Part shown: positions 45,478 to 54,931 of the stretch, piece by piece
Position numbering within the stretch: the first letter of the stretch is position 1
Layout: every line of letters starts with the position of its first letter
DNA from: Thermoproteota archaeon
GTDB lineage: Archaea; Thermoproteota; Methanomethylicia; Methanomethylicales; Methanomethylicaceae
Direction: 5' to 3'
Assembly (NCBI GenBank): GCA_029887795.1
Contig: JARXPE010000001.1
Coordinates: 1,386-65,385 of the forward strand
DNA length: 64,000 bases
The notes under the pieces: model-generated
The model's database searches: none
Seen by the model: the letters and a program-made list of their open reading frames with translations, nothing else
Told to the model about the DNA's origin: nothing
Position numbers and translations under genes: made by a program

Positions 45478-46590
45478 TCAGAAGACCCATCTGTCAATTA
45501 TCTCAAAGTATCCTTTTTTAACACCCACGGCATCGAACTCACAGACCTCATGGCACACGTAGCACTTGATACATTTTGACTTGTCAATTCTTGCCATCCC
45601 ATTTAGCTCTATTGCACCTGCGGGGCAAGCCTCTGCGCAGTTCCCACAGCCAGTGCATCTTTCTGTGATGATGCGAGGAGAGGCGGTCACCATAGGTGTG
45701 AAGTAGCCTGCTAGAGAGGAGACCCTAGATACAAAAGTAGAGGGCATTTCAAATTTGACCTCTACCAAAGGATCTCCTAACAGATCTATTTCGTCAAAGG
45801 ATTTTGGTCCGAGACCTCTCTGAGAGGCTTCGCGAATGTAGGGGACTTTGAGGGGTTCGATGCCTGCCATCTTGAAGGAAGCCATATCCAGCGCCAATGC
45901 GTCGTTGCTTGCTAAGATTTTATTGACCCTTAAAGGATTTCCACCAGTGGGACCGTTTCCGTCCATGCAAACGATGGCGTCCATTACGTTGAGGGAGACA
46001 AGTGGGCGGATTGCGGAGTAAACATCAACCATAGCCTTTGCCATCCTATTATGAGTAATTCCTATTCGGTGTAACATTCCTTTACCAGAGCCAGGGATGC
46101 AGCCAAATGCGAGGTTTTTGATAGCCCCGGTCATCAAGGTTTGCATGTGTGTTTTGAGTTTTGGGACATTTATTATCCTGTGCTGGAATATGCAGGATGC
46201 TAACCCGATAGACTTTATAATCGCCCCATTTATCCGGACCACCTTAGGAGGCTCTCTCTCGAATTCCAAAAACTCGGCGCCGCTCTCCTCAATCGCCTTG
46301 AGCATACCAGTGAGTAAGAAGACCTCGCGGGCCTTTCCAGGATGGGCGTTTCCTGGTGAGTCGCCCACATAGACCTTGCACCCAAAACCCTTTGCGATCT
46401 CAACCAAAGCCGAAACAATTGAGGGGTCTGTGGTTACTCCCTCTTCGGAGGTTTTAGAGTTTATCATGTTGGGTTTAATTAGAATAGATTCATTTGAAGG
46501 GCATGCCCAGTCGATGAGTTTCACCGCTCTCCGAACGGCTTCCTTCACATCGCCCCTAAAGTCTATGACTCCGACAGAATAATTTTGCAC
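45478..46590 (-). CDS. DUF362-domain protein with C-terminal 2x[4Fe-4S] ferredoxin domain
   Basis: DUF362-like N-terminal part and C-terminal 'CTGCGNCAEACP...CIKCYVCHEVCE' dicluster motifs. 370 aa. Confidence 0.75.
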   Translation of the reverse strand: MQNYSVGVIDFRGDVKEAVRRAVKLIDWACPSNESILIKPNMINSKTSEEGVTTDPSIVSALVEIAKGFGCKVYVGDSPGNAHPGKAREVFLLTGMLKAIEESGAEFLEFEREPPKVVRINGAIIKSIGLASCIFQHRIINVPKLKTHMQTLMTGAIKNLAFGCIPGSGKGMLHRIGITHNRMAKAMVDVYSAIRPLVSLNVMDAIVCMDGNGPTGGNPLRVNKILASNDALALDMASFKMAGIEPLKVPYIREASQRGLGPKSFDEIDLLGDPLVEVKFEMPSTFVSRVSSLAGYFTPMVTASPRIITERCTGCGNCAEACPAGAIELNGMARIDKSKCIKCYVCHEVCEFDAVGVKKGYFEIIDRWVF

Positions 46591-46790
46591 GGAATACCAC
46601 CTTTACGCCCTAACTGCTCAGGCAATTATTTTTCATCCGAATTCTTGATCAGTTTTATGTTAATAGCTTTTGGCTAAATTAATTTTCAATCAAAATACTG
46701 GCCGGAATTATGCCTGACACGTCCAGTAACCATTTTTCAGTATTTCACTCTCCTATTATATCGATGATGATAGCGTCATAGATCCGTGAA

Positions 46791-47285
46791 TCATATCTTT
46801 TCCAAAGCCCTTATTGCCATTAAAAGCGAAAATATAGCCTTAGTCCTGTGTGCCAATATCTCAACTGTGCTCTTGTTCACATCGATATTTCTTATCTCGC
46901 TGAGGAGGTTTTCAAGTTGTTCAGAGTGTTTTGTCCCCTTTCCTGAAAGCACATCATTAAATGGTAAAATTAGGTCTTTGGAGTTACTCTTTAGTATGCC
47001 ATCATATGCCCTGTACATAAACCAAAGATAAGACGCTAAATTAAGACGGGAGACGGCGTCCTCCAGCGAAACGCCTGGAAGGATCCCTGTTAGTACGTCC
47101 CTCAAAATTGAGGGCACATTAGTTGCTGCGAAAGAGGAGAAGTCGGCGGGGACCTTTGCCGATTTGGGCTTTGTTGGAGCATCTACTACAATCCTATCAG
47201 AGAAAGCGGAGTCAGGGGATCTAAAGGCGTAGCATTCGGATCTTTCACATAAGGGGAGGCACTCTATGGCAGGGGAATCGCTCAA
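46791..47285 (-). CDS. Hypothetical protein (third gene of cysteine-desulfurase operon)
   Basis: 164 aa. N-terminal 'ECLPLCERSECY' Cys-rich segment. Its start overlaps the upstream stop (ATGA). Confidence 0.45.
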   Translation of the reverse strand: MSDSPAIECLPLCERSECYAFRSPDSAFSDRIVVDAPTKPKSAKVPADFSSFAATNVPSILRDVLTGILPGVSLEDAVSRLNLASYLWFMYRAYDGILKSNSKDLILPFNDVLSGKGTKHSEQLENLLSEIRNIDVNKSTVEILAHRTKAIFSLLMAIRALEKI

Positions 47286-47815
47286 TGGGCAGATTCGGCC
47301 CGGATTTTCCGGTTTACCGTTGCCCAGAGTAGCCTAACAGCCCTGCTAATCTCCCAGAAAGCTCTCTTCTCGTCTGCACCCCTCCTTATGATGACTTTGC
47401 CCTCCGAGAAGACCATCACATCGCCGGCTTCCGACTCGATACGGACGATCCCAAGGGATGGAGAGATCTTTAGGTTCGGTATTTGGCGATCGAATATACT
47501 GTCAGCGGTGATCATGTCAAAGTATCCGTAAGGAGAATGAGTTTGAGGGAGGACATTAACCTCTATCGTGACTTTGGTGGGCTCGCTTGGACATGGACGG
47601 ATGTAAGAGATCTTTTCGGTGGGAGGCTCTTTAAGATGGGGAGGCGAATAAGAGATCTTCGGAGAGGGAAGCTCTCCGGATTTGAAGTATATGCAGCTAT
47701 TCAGGTCAGACTTTCCTAGGCAATATCTTCTAAGCATTGTCAGGCATGAAGTACTTCCACAATAGCCACAGTCTGTGTGGGGGAAGAGCCGGTAGTAATC
47801 ATAAAGAGTTTTCAT
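47282..47815 (-). CDS. Putative Fe-S cluster-domain protein (CdhE-N-terminal-like C-x2-C-x4-C-x9-C)
   Basis: 'PHTDCGYCGSTSCLTMLRRYC' resembles the PF04060-type [4Fe-4S] motif. Start set at internal 'MKTLYDYY'; the track ORF extends to 47881. Confidence 0.5.
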   Translation of the reverse strand: MKTLYDYYRLFPHTDCGYCGSTSCLTMLRRYCLGKSDLNSCIYFKSGELPSPKISYSPPHLKEPPTEKISYIRPCPSEPTKVTIEVNVLPQTHSPYGYFDMITADSIFDRQIPNLKISPSLGIVRIESEAGDVMVFSEGKVIIRRGADEKRAFWEISRAVRLLWATVNRKIRAESAH

Positions 47816-47825
47816 AAATGGCACC

Positions 47826-49034
47826 TCACATAAGAGTCTTAGATATCTCCGCCAGGGTATCCAAGAATACATCCACATCATCGTAGTTGTTATACAAATA
47901 GACTGAGGCGCGCACCGAGCCGTTGGGGGCGTTTAATACGTGCTTGTGGAGAGGGAGGGCGCAGTGGTGACCAGACCGCACCATGACCCCGGATGTAGTG
48001 TCCAACGCAACGGCAACATCGTGAGGGTTCATGCCCTTAAGGTTAAATGATATGATCCCAGCCCTCTTTTCAGCATCCTTCGGTCCATATAAGCTGATTC
48101 CTTCGATGTTGGCAAGACCTTGAAGCATCCGCCTTGTAAGTTTTCGTTCATGGTCTTCGATGTTATCCATACCGATATTCATGAGGTATGTGGCGGCAGC
48201 GCCCATGCCTATAGCCTCGGCTATTGGGGGGGTTCCAGCTTCGTACTTGTTTGGACCGCCCCTGAGCCGATAATAGTCTATTCCGACATCGTCTATTGAG
48301 CCTCCGCCTATGCAAAGGGGTTCGACGGATGCTTGGAGGTCTTCCTTAATGTAGAGAGCCCCGACGCCAGTGGGACCACACATTTTATGGCCCGAGAATG
48401 CTAAGAAATCGCAGCCTAGTTCTTTCACATCTACCTTTGTGTGCGGAACTGATTGGGCGCCGTCGACCAGCACTAGCGAGCCTTGTTCATGTGCCAGTTT
48501 TACTATTTCCTTTATAGGTGGGCGAACGCCCAAGACATTTGAAGTGTGAGTTACTGCGACGAGCTTAGTACGTCTATCAATGTGAGCGGCAAAGTCCGAA
48601 GGTGACAGATGACCCTCCCTATCGCTCTGGACCACACTCAGTTCTAATTTCTTGGTATTTTTTACTCTTAGCCAGACAATATAGTTTGAGTGGTGTTCGA
48701 GAATTGTTGTGACAATCTTTTCTCCTTCTTGGAATTTGAGTCCATTTGCGACGAGGTTTGTGGCCTCGGTAGTGTTTCTAACGAAGATGATCTCCTCAGG
48801 CTTAGCGTTTATCAGTTTGGCCACTTCTGCTCTGGCATTCTCATAGGCTGAGGTTGCAGTCTGCGCAGTGTTGTATATACCACGCCCTACATTCGCTCTG
48901 TATTCACGGTAATATTCAAGAACTTTTTTAAGTACTGGCTCGGGTGTTAAGCTGGTCGCGGTTGAGTCTAAGTATATTCGCCCACTCCGGAGGAAAGTGA
49001 AGTCCTCTCTAATCTTATTTATATCTAGCATCAT
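47826..49034 (-). CDS. Cysteine desulfurase (class V aminotransferase, SufS/CsdA-like)
   Basis: 'SGHKMCGPTGVGALY' PLP-lysine region and 'HHCALP' region with the catalytic Cys. 402 aa. Confidence 0.8.
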   Translation of the reverse strand: MMLDINKIREDFTFLRSGRIYLDSTATSLTPEPVLKKVLEYYREYRANVGRGIYNTAQTATSAYENARAEVAKLINAKPEEIIFVRNTTEATNLVANGLKFQEGEKIVTTILEHHSNYIVWLRVKNTKKLELSVVQSDREGHLSPSDFAAHIDRRTKLVAVTHTSNVLGVRPPIKEIVKLAHEQGSLVLVDGAQSVPHTKVDVKELGCDFLAFSGHKMCGPTGVGALYIKEDLQASVEPLCIGGGSIDDVGIDYYRLRGGPNKYEAGTPPIAEAIGMGAAATYLMNIGMDNIEDHERKLTRRMLQGLANIEGISLYGPKDAEKRAGIISFNLKGMNPHDVAVALDTTSGVMVRSGHHCALPLHKHVLNAPNGSVRASVYLYNNYDDVDVFLDTLAEISKTLM

Positions 49035-49162
49035 ATCACCAATGTATTAAGTCAATATCTCAAAATTAGTATATAGAGTTGTTTGGGGTGAAACTTTTTC
49101 CAAAGGATCCTATTCGGCCCGAAGTGGAGGGCGGCATACATTATTAATAAACTAAGTTTTAA

Positions 49163-49444
49163 TTGTTGTTTGGTTTTTTAGAAAATTCACAATGCTTATA
49201 TTGCCCACAAAATAAAAAGTCGTTGAGGAGGATTAATGTGGGTAGAGTTGCTGTTTTAACAGCCTTTGCCGTAATAGGTTACTTCCTTGGAGTGGCTGCA
49301 TACTACATGGGCAAGAACCTCACGCCATGGCTTGAGAAGATATCGCCCTTCCTTGTGAACGCAGACTGGGTTATAGCAGGAGTAATAGGTGCAATTGTTA
49401 CAGTAATCGTAGTAGTAGTCTGGTCTTACACAACAAAAAGTTAA
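49163..49444 (+). CDS. Small membrane protein, hypothetical
   Basis: Two hydrophobic segments 'VAVLTAFAVIGYFLGVAAYY' and 'VIAGVIGAIVTVIVVVVW'. Start uncertain. Confidence 0.3.
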   Translation: MLFGFLENSQCLYCPQNKKSLRRINVGRVAVLTAFAVIGYFLGVAAYYMGKNLTPWLEKISPFLVNADWVIAGVIGAIVTVIVVVVWSYTTKS

Positions 49445-50769
49445 GTGGGAATTGCGCTTTTTTCTGGTAGTTTTATTCCCTCTTTACTCTTTGGTTTGCT
49501 GATCAGTTTGTATTGTATGAGCCAATGGTTTTCTTCAGAACTGAATATGCTATCCACCCTCACTGCGTCGAAGCCAAATACATCAAGAAGGCCCAAGAGA
49601 TAAAGACCCCATATGGACGGGGGTATATCGAAACCCCTTTCGTATGCCATTTTGTAATAGGCAGAGAGGTTTCCTGAAAGTTCTAATGTCAATATGTTTG
49701 GCTCCGCGTCATATGTGAGTTTGGATTCTACGCCCTCGTATAATAGATAAAGAGAACCCAAGAGATTTAATGACTCCTGCAAATCGGGGAGGATTAGTGA
49801 ATACTTTGTGGAGTTTATGATTCTGCTACCTAGCTCTCCCAAAAAAGAGAGCATCTTCTTACCCATCTTTACTGATAGGGCATCCATTAGGACAAAGAAG
49901 AAGATAGGCTCGAGCGGGTTTGTTCTGGCACCTGCAAAATACTCCCTGAGCTGTGGAGTGTGAATAAGTGGTAGCATTGTGGGCAGGTCAACTGCAATGC
50001 TCCAGTTCATGCCGGATATGAGAGAGTCTAGAGAGGAGCAGGCCTCTATCCCGGTGAAATATTCTGCCATTAGACATCTGGTTTTTTTATCTGTAAGAGT
50101 TATCCGCTTAAAGACCAACAGATCACGACCATCGGCAAGTATCAAATTGTTTTGGGGAGAGAACGGGATGTATTTTATGTCTATTAGGTCCGAAAATCTG
50201 CTGAGTAGAACAGAGTCGTCCTGTCCAGCCTCCATCATAATTTGAATGTGAACATCGGACTTTGAAACTGAATTAATGGAGTCGTAGCAGTTGTAAAATA
50301 GTACTTCCAGCCCTTCGTGGTTTAGCAACAGGCGGACGTCTTTTGAGGCGTTCGTCAGGATCTCCTTAATCCGCTTTATGGTCTCTTCATCGCTTCGGGT
50401 AATCCAATACTTTCGCTCTTCCAGCTTTTCTGAGGATGAGGAGGTTTCGTGGATCTTCCTCAGTTCCATTATGGCACTTTTCATGAGCTTCAGGTCTTTT
50501 TCCAATTCCTTTATTGGATCCACTAGGGCATTTATCGGGACTAGAGCCTTTGCTTTTTGCGGTTTGCCAGGAAATAGTGTGACGAGTTGGCGCTTCTCTA
50601 AGCTCTTAAGAACAGGATAAACCTTTGTCCTTGGAACTTTGCTATGTGCAGCGATATCTTTTATACCGCAGGCCCCCCTTTGTAAAAGGGTGAGGTAGAC
50701 CCTAGACTCATACTCCGTCAGACCAAACTTGGTCAATGCTTGAATCAAGTCTTTGGGTTGTAACTCCAA
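49441..50769 (-). CDS. TrmB-family transcriptional regulator with large uncharacterised C-terminal domain
   Basis: N-terminal 'GLTEYESRVYLTLLQRGACGIKDIAAHSKVPRTKVYPVLKSLEKRQLV' TrmB-type wHTH. The remaining roughly 330 aa carry no recognisable motif. Confidence 0.7.
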   Translation of the reverse strand: MELQPKDLIQALTKFGLTEYESRVYLTLLQRGACGIKDIAAHSKVPRTKVYPVLKSLEKRQLVTLFPGKPQKAKALVPINALVDPIKELEKDLKLMKSAIMELRKIHETSSSSEKLEERKYWITRSDEETIKRIKEILTNASKDVRLLLNHEGLEVLFYNCYDSINSVSKSDVHIQIMMEAGQDDSVLLSRFSDLIDIKYIPFSPQNNLILADGRDLLVFKRITLTDKKTRCLMAEYFTGIEACSSLDSLISGMNWSIAVDLPTMLPLIHTPQLREYFAGARTNPLEPIFFFVLMDALSVKMGKKMLSFLGELGSRIINSTKYSLILPDLQESLNLLGSLYLLYEGVESKLTYDAEPNILTLELSGNLSAYYKMAYERGFDIPPSIWGLYLLGLLDVFGFDAVRVDSIFSSEENHWLIQYKLISKPKSKEGIKLPEKSAIPT

Positions 50770-50866
50770 TAACTGTCACCGGAGTAACAGGCTCTGCGGT
50801 TACACTATACTCTGGTCACACGAGCCTTATAAAGTTTGGGATTTTACCGTAGAGTGGTGACCGAAA

Positions 50867-51505
50867 GTGAGCAAATTTGTGGAGAAATGGGAGGCCAAAG
50901 AGACTCCCAGCCTAGGGACTAGAGTTAAAGAAACAATTAGACCACCAGGTCCACTGAAGCCACGCTTGGATGCTGCCATCCGATCGATACAACTCCAGAT
51001 ACAGAAGTTAGAAATTGCCAATCAGAGGTTCCAAGAAAGGGACAGGGTGATGTTCAGTAAAGTCGTGGATGCTTACTCAAAACATGATATGGATCACGCT
51101 AAAATTTATGCTAATGAGTTGGCCGAAATTAGAAAGATGTCAAAGATGTTGATGCAAGCCAAGATGGCCCTCGAGCAGATCGTGATGAGGTTGAGCACTG
51201 TCACAGAGCTTGGTGACATAGTGGTTACACTTGCTCCAGCCATGGGTGTGATAAAGAGTGTAAAGACAGGAATTTCGACGTTATTGCCAGAGGCCGAGAA
51301 GGAATTCGGCGATATCAGCACAACGCTCAGCAGTATACTCGTAGACGCAGGACAGAGCGCAGGGCTCAGTCTAAACTTCGATTCTGCCAACGAGGACGCC
51401 ATGAAGATCCTCAACGAGGCGGCGGCCATAGCCGAGCAGAAAGTGAGGGAGAAGTTCCCAGAGTTACCGACAGGTGTGGCCACGGGAGAGAAGACAGGGT
51501 TCTAG
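50867..51505 (+). CDS. cdvB: ESCRT-III/Snf7-family protein (CdvB paralog, no winged helix)
   Basis: 'AKIYANELAEIRKMSKML...LEQIVMRL' Snf7-like core, parallel to the downstream CdvB. 212 aa. Confidence 0.7.
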   Translation: MSKFVEKWEAKETPSLGTRVKETIRPPGPLKPRLDAAIRSIQLQIQKLEIANQRFQERDRVMFSKVVDAYSKHDMDHAKIYANELAEIRKMSKMLMQAKMALEQIVMRLSTVTELGDIVVTLAPAMGVIKSVKTGISTLLPEAEKEFGDISTTLSSILVDAGQSAGLSLNFDSANEDAMKILNEAAAIAEQKVREKFPELPTGVATGEKTGF

Positions 51506-51632
51506 GAGAGCAAAAATGGCCACATCAAGACCCTCTTTTTTTACATCAACGCCGAGATACATAGAGAAGGTGTTTAAAAGCTTACAAGGAGCCCCATATC
51601 CCCAGACAGCCTAGTCCGAGAGGTGGAGTCGC

Positions 51633-52442
51633 TTGTTTAAGAGATTTTTTAGGCGGGCTCCACCTCTCAAGGACGCCCTAAATGACGCTATAATTAGGCT
51701 AACTCAACAGAAAAGAAAGTTAGAGATTCTCAGTTTAAAGATAAAAAGTAGGGAGAAAGCCCTCTTTGACTCAGTCACTATCGCTATAGAGAGGAAGGAT
51801 CCAGAGAGGGCAAAGATATATGCCAATGAGCTTGCCGAGGTTAAGAAAGTTCAGAAAAATGTAAAGAAGAGTATCCTAGTTTTGGAGCAGTTAGTAATCA
51901 GGATGGAGACGCTAAGAGAATTTGGGACGGCTTTTGCCCAATTAAAGCCCACACTGGAGGTGGTTAAGCAGGTCTCGGATCAGCTTTCGGAGGTAATGCC
52001 GGAGGTCTCCAACGAGCTCTCCAACATTGGAAGTGTCTTAGGGGACGCACTAATAGGTGTAAACATAAACTTGATGCAGGAAGAACTCCTCATTAATATG
52101 CCAAACTGTGATAAGATAATTGAAGAGGCAGCCGGTTATCTGAGCGAGAAGATTGAAAACGAGCTGCCTGTCCCTCCGATCGATGTTAGAACTGCTATTG
52201 CTATCGGCGGCGAAAGTGATGAAGAGTTTTTGGTTTCGAGCGGCAAAAATATCGACCCAGATGAGGCGGTTCTTTCATATTTAAAGGAGAATCAAGGTAA
52301 GTTGAACATAAAAGAGTGTAGCAGGCTATTTCAGATTCCAGAGGAAGAAATACCAAAAATTGTGGAAAGCTTATCAAGGAAGGGTTTAATTAAGATATTG
52401 ATAGTTGAGGGAATAACACATGGCGTTCGCAGCAGCAAATGA
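51633..52442 (+). CDS. cdvB: ESCRT-III-like cell-division protein CdvB with C-terminal winged-helix domain
   Basis: Snf7 core 'ERAKIYANELAEVKKVQKNV' plus C-terminal wH 'LSYLKENQGKLNIKECSRLFQIPEEEIPKIVESLSRKGLI'. 269 aa. Confidence 0.8.
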   Translation: MFKRFFRRAPPLKDALNDAIIRLTQQKRKLEILSLKIKSREKALFDSVTIAIERKDPERAKIYANELAEVKKVQKNVKKSILVLEQLVIRMETLREFGTAFAQLKPTLEVVKQVSDQLSEVMPEVSNELSNIGSVLGDALIGVNINLMQEELLINMPNCDKIIEEAAGYLSEKIENELPVPPIDVRTAIAIGGESDEEFLVSSGKNIDPDEAVLSYLKENQGKLNIKECSRLFQIPEEEIPKIVESLSRKGLIKILIVEGITHGVRSSK

Positions 52443-53610
52443 GATAGAGGCGGCGGCAATAAAGTATGCCAAAGAAGCTACGAGATTGGACCAACAGGGC
52501 TCCAAGGGTCTTGCAATAACCTATTATCAGAAGGCAATAGATGCCTTTCTCAAGCTTGTTAACCTATATCCGAATTATGAGTTGAACAAGGTTTACATTC
52601 AGCGTGCCATGATGTACCAAGAGAGGATAAAGGTCCTGCAGGTCGGGGCAGCAGCCGAGACACCTGAGGATACCTTGGAGATCAAGCCCATAAATAAAGA
52701 AGTAGAACAGAAGACCGAAGGCGCAGTGCCACAGAGAAAGGCGGCTTATGAGGACCTTTTGATAGTTGAAAAGCCAAATGTTAGATGGGAAGATGTTTCG
52801 GGTCTTGAGGAGACTAAAAAAGCACTCAAAGAGGCCATAATATACCCGTCAAAAAGACCAGATCTCTTCCCGCTGGGTTTTCCCAGGGGGATACTGCTCT
52901 ATGGACCACCTGGGTGCGGCAAGACGCTCACAGCCGCAGCGGTTGCAACTGAAATAGATGCGGCGTTCTATTCTGTTGACGCTGCATCTATTATGTCAAA
53001 ATGGTTGGGCGAGGCAGAGAAGAATGTTGCCAAGTTGTTTAGGTCAGCCAGAGAAGCCGCCATCAGCCAAGGTGCTGCGATCATATTCATTGATGAGATA
53101 GACTCGCTTTTGGGGGTACGCTACAATGAGGTCGGTGGAGAGGTTAGGGTCCGAAACCAATTCCTTAAAGAAATGGACGGGATACTCGACAAGGGCAAGA
53201 GTTGGCCACTTTATGTAATCGGCGCCACCAACAAACCATGGGCTCTAGACTGGGCATTCATAAGAAGATTTCAGAAGAGGATTTATGTTCCCGTGCCAGA
53301 TTTCGAAACACGACTCAAGATATACCAGCTGTACACGCAGAAACTTGTAATGGAAGGGGTTGATCTGGAAGAGGTAGCTAGACTCTCCGAGGGATACTCT
53401 GGCAGCGATATCAGAGACATTTGCCAAGCAGTACAGCTTAGGGTTGTAAGCGAACTTTTCGAGTCAGGAAAAATCTCGGACATGAAAGCCAGACCGCGAC
53501 CAATCACAATGGATGATTTCAGATACGTAATCTCACGACGGAAGCCAAGCATTACTCAGGAAATGATAAAAGCATACGAAGTTTGGGCTGAAAACTTCAA
53601 GGCTACGTGA
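52420..53610 (+). CDS. cdvC: Vps4-like AAA+ ATPase CdvC with N-terminal MIT domain
   Basis: MIT-like N-terminus 'AIKYAKEATRLDQQG...YYQKAIDAF'. AAA Walker A 'GPPGCGKT', Walker B 'IIFIDEIDS'. 23-nt overlap with cdvB. Confidence 0.85.
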   Translation: MAFAAANEIEAAAIKYAKEATRLDQQGSKGLAITYYQKAIDAFLKLVNLYPNYELNKVYIQRAMMYQERIKVLQVGAAAETPEDTLEIKPINKEVEQKTEGAVPQRKAAYEDLLIVEKPNVRWEDVSGLEETKKALKEAIIYPSKRPDLFPLGFPRGILLYGPPGCGKTLTAAAVATEIDAAFYSVDAASIMSKWLGEAEKNVAKLFRSAREAAISQGAAIIFIDEIDSLLGVRYNEVGGEVRVRNQFLKEMDGILDKGKSWPLYVIGATNKPWALDWAFIRRFQKRIYVPVPDFETRLKIYQLYTQKLVMEGVDLEEVARLSEGYSGSDIRDICQAVQLRVVSELFESGKISDMKARPRPITMDDFRYVISRRKPSITQEMIKAYEVWAENFKAT

Positions 53611-53682
53611 ATTCGAAAAATAATAATTCATCTTTTATTAGACTTATAAATTACAAATTTAGAAGGTTTTGGATGAAAGTCT

Positions 53683-54663
53683 ATGAAGATAAACATTGAT
53701 TGGATACTGGCACATGGAGATAGTGACGGGATATGTTCGGCGGCTATCGCCCTCTCGGCATTTAAAAACGCCAAACTCTTCTTTTCACATCCAGTCGGAC
53801 TTGCAACTGATTTGAGACAGGTCGACGGAAACCTTCTAGTTGTGGACATAGCCTTACCATCGAGGGACCACCACGAAGTACTTGGCGAGTTGCGGCGGAT
53901 ATCTGACGCTGGTCACAAAATAATATATATAGATCATCACCCATACCCGCCAAACTTTTCTTCGGAGGATTTTTCGGGAGAGTTGATCCATTCCCTGAAT
54001 GCCAGCGCCTCCGAACTTACCTACATGAGGTTCAAGAACCGCCTTGATCCTCATATGAGTAGAGTAGCTATTTATGGGGCGATAGGTGACTATCTGGACA
54101 GAACATACAATGTTGAGCGTCTGCTGGAACTTTGGGATAAAAGGCTCCTTTATCTAGAGAGCGGATTGTTGGTTCAAGCCATAGAGTCTATGGGAAGAAA
54201 TCATGACGCAAAAAGGGAGTTGGCAAGGTACCTTTCTGAGAACAACCTTCCCAGTGCAGACGAGAAGATCGTAAAAAGGGCGATCTCGGAGACCATTATA
54301 GAGGAAGACATGCGCAAGGTCATTGAGGCGGAGGCTAAGGTTGTGGGCAACATCGCGTATGTCATCGATCTCAAATGGTCGATGGGAAAATCTGCAATTT
54401 ACGCTAGGGCTGCAAAGAATGTTATGGTAGGTGTTGGTGCCGAAAGCAGAAAGGATTTTGTGGATATGAGTCTAAGGACGCCAGTAGAAGGACTTGAATT
54501 AAATAAGTCTGTGATCGAAGTAGCAGGAAGAATGGGAGGGAGCGGCGGTGGACATGCTAAAGCCGCGGGGGCAAGAGTGCCGAGGGAGAAGTTTAAAGAT
54601 TTTCTGGAGGAGCTCAACTCGTTGATATTGAGCAAGACCCGGAATAAAACTGTGGAGTATTGA
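53683..54663 (+). CDS. DHH/DHHA1-family phosphoesterase (NrnA-like nanoRNase/pAp phosphatase)
   Basis: 'HGDSDG' motif I, 'IDHH' DHH motif, DHHA1 'GGSGGGH'. 326 aa. Confidence 0.75.
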   Translation: MKINIDWILAHGDSDGICSAAIALSAFKNAKLFFSHPVGLATDLRQVDGNLLVVDIALPSRDHHEVLGELRRISDAGHKIIYIDHHPYPPNFSSEDFSGELIHSLNASASELTYMRFKNRLDPHMSRVAIYGAIGDYLDRTYNVERLLELWDKRLLYLESGLLVQAIESMGRNHDAKRELARYLSENNLPSADEKIVKRAISETIIEEDMRKVIEAEAKVVGNIAYVIDLKWSMGKSAIYARAAKNVMVGVGAESRKDFVDMSLRTPVEGLELNKSVIEVAGRMGGSGGGHAKAAGARVPREKFKDFLEELNSLILSKTRNKTVEY

Positions 54664-54754
54664 ATTAAACATCGATATTTGACTAATAGAATTTTACAGA
54701 AATCTTTATTAATAAAAATAAGTGTTAAGCAAAAATGCTCAAGGAGGGATTATC

Positions 54755-54925
54755 GTGAAATTGAAGTGCCCAGAATGTGACGGAGATATTGAGGTTAAGG
54801 AGGTTATAGAGGGAGAGATCCTAAGCTGTAACGACTGCGGTGCTGAACTAGAAGTAAACAAGAAAAAGGATGGAAGTATAGAGCTGAAGGTTGCGGAGTC
54901 AGAGGGCGAGGACTGGGGAGAGTAA
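54755..54925 (+). CDS. lysW: Amino-group carrier protein LysW
   Basis: Zinc ribbon 'CPECDG...CNDCGAEL' and acidic C-terminal 'EGEDWGE' tail. GTG start 7 nt after 'AGGAGGG' gives the canonical size of about 54 aa. The track ORF starts at 54722. Confidence 0.7.
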   Translation: MKLKCPECDGDIEVKEVIEGEILSCNDCGAELEVNKKKDGSIELKVAESEGEDWGE

Positions 54926-54931
54926 ACTTAG

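Noticed and set aside
49441-50769. 442-aa protein upstream of cdvB considered as CdvA
   Set aside because: Its N-terminus is a clear TrmB-type winged HTH rather than a PRC-barrel. CdvA proteins are about half this size. It is kept as a TrmB-family regulator, with a possible functional link flagged as a finding.
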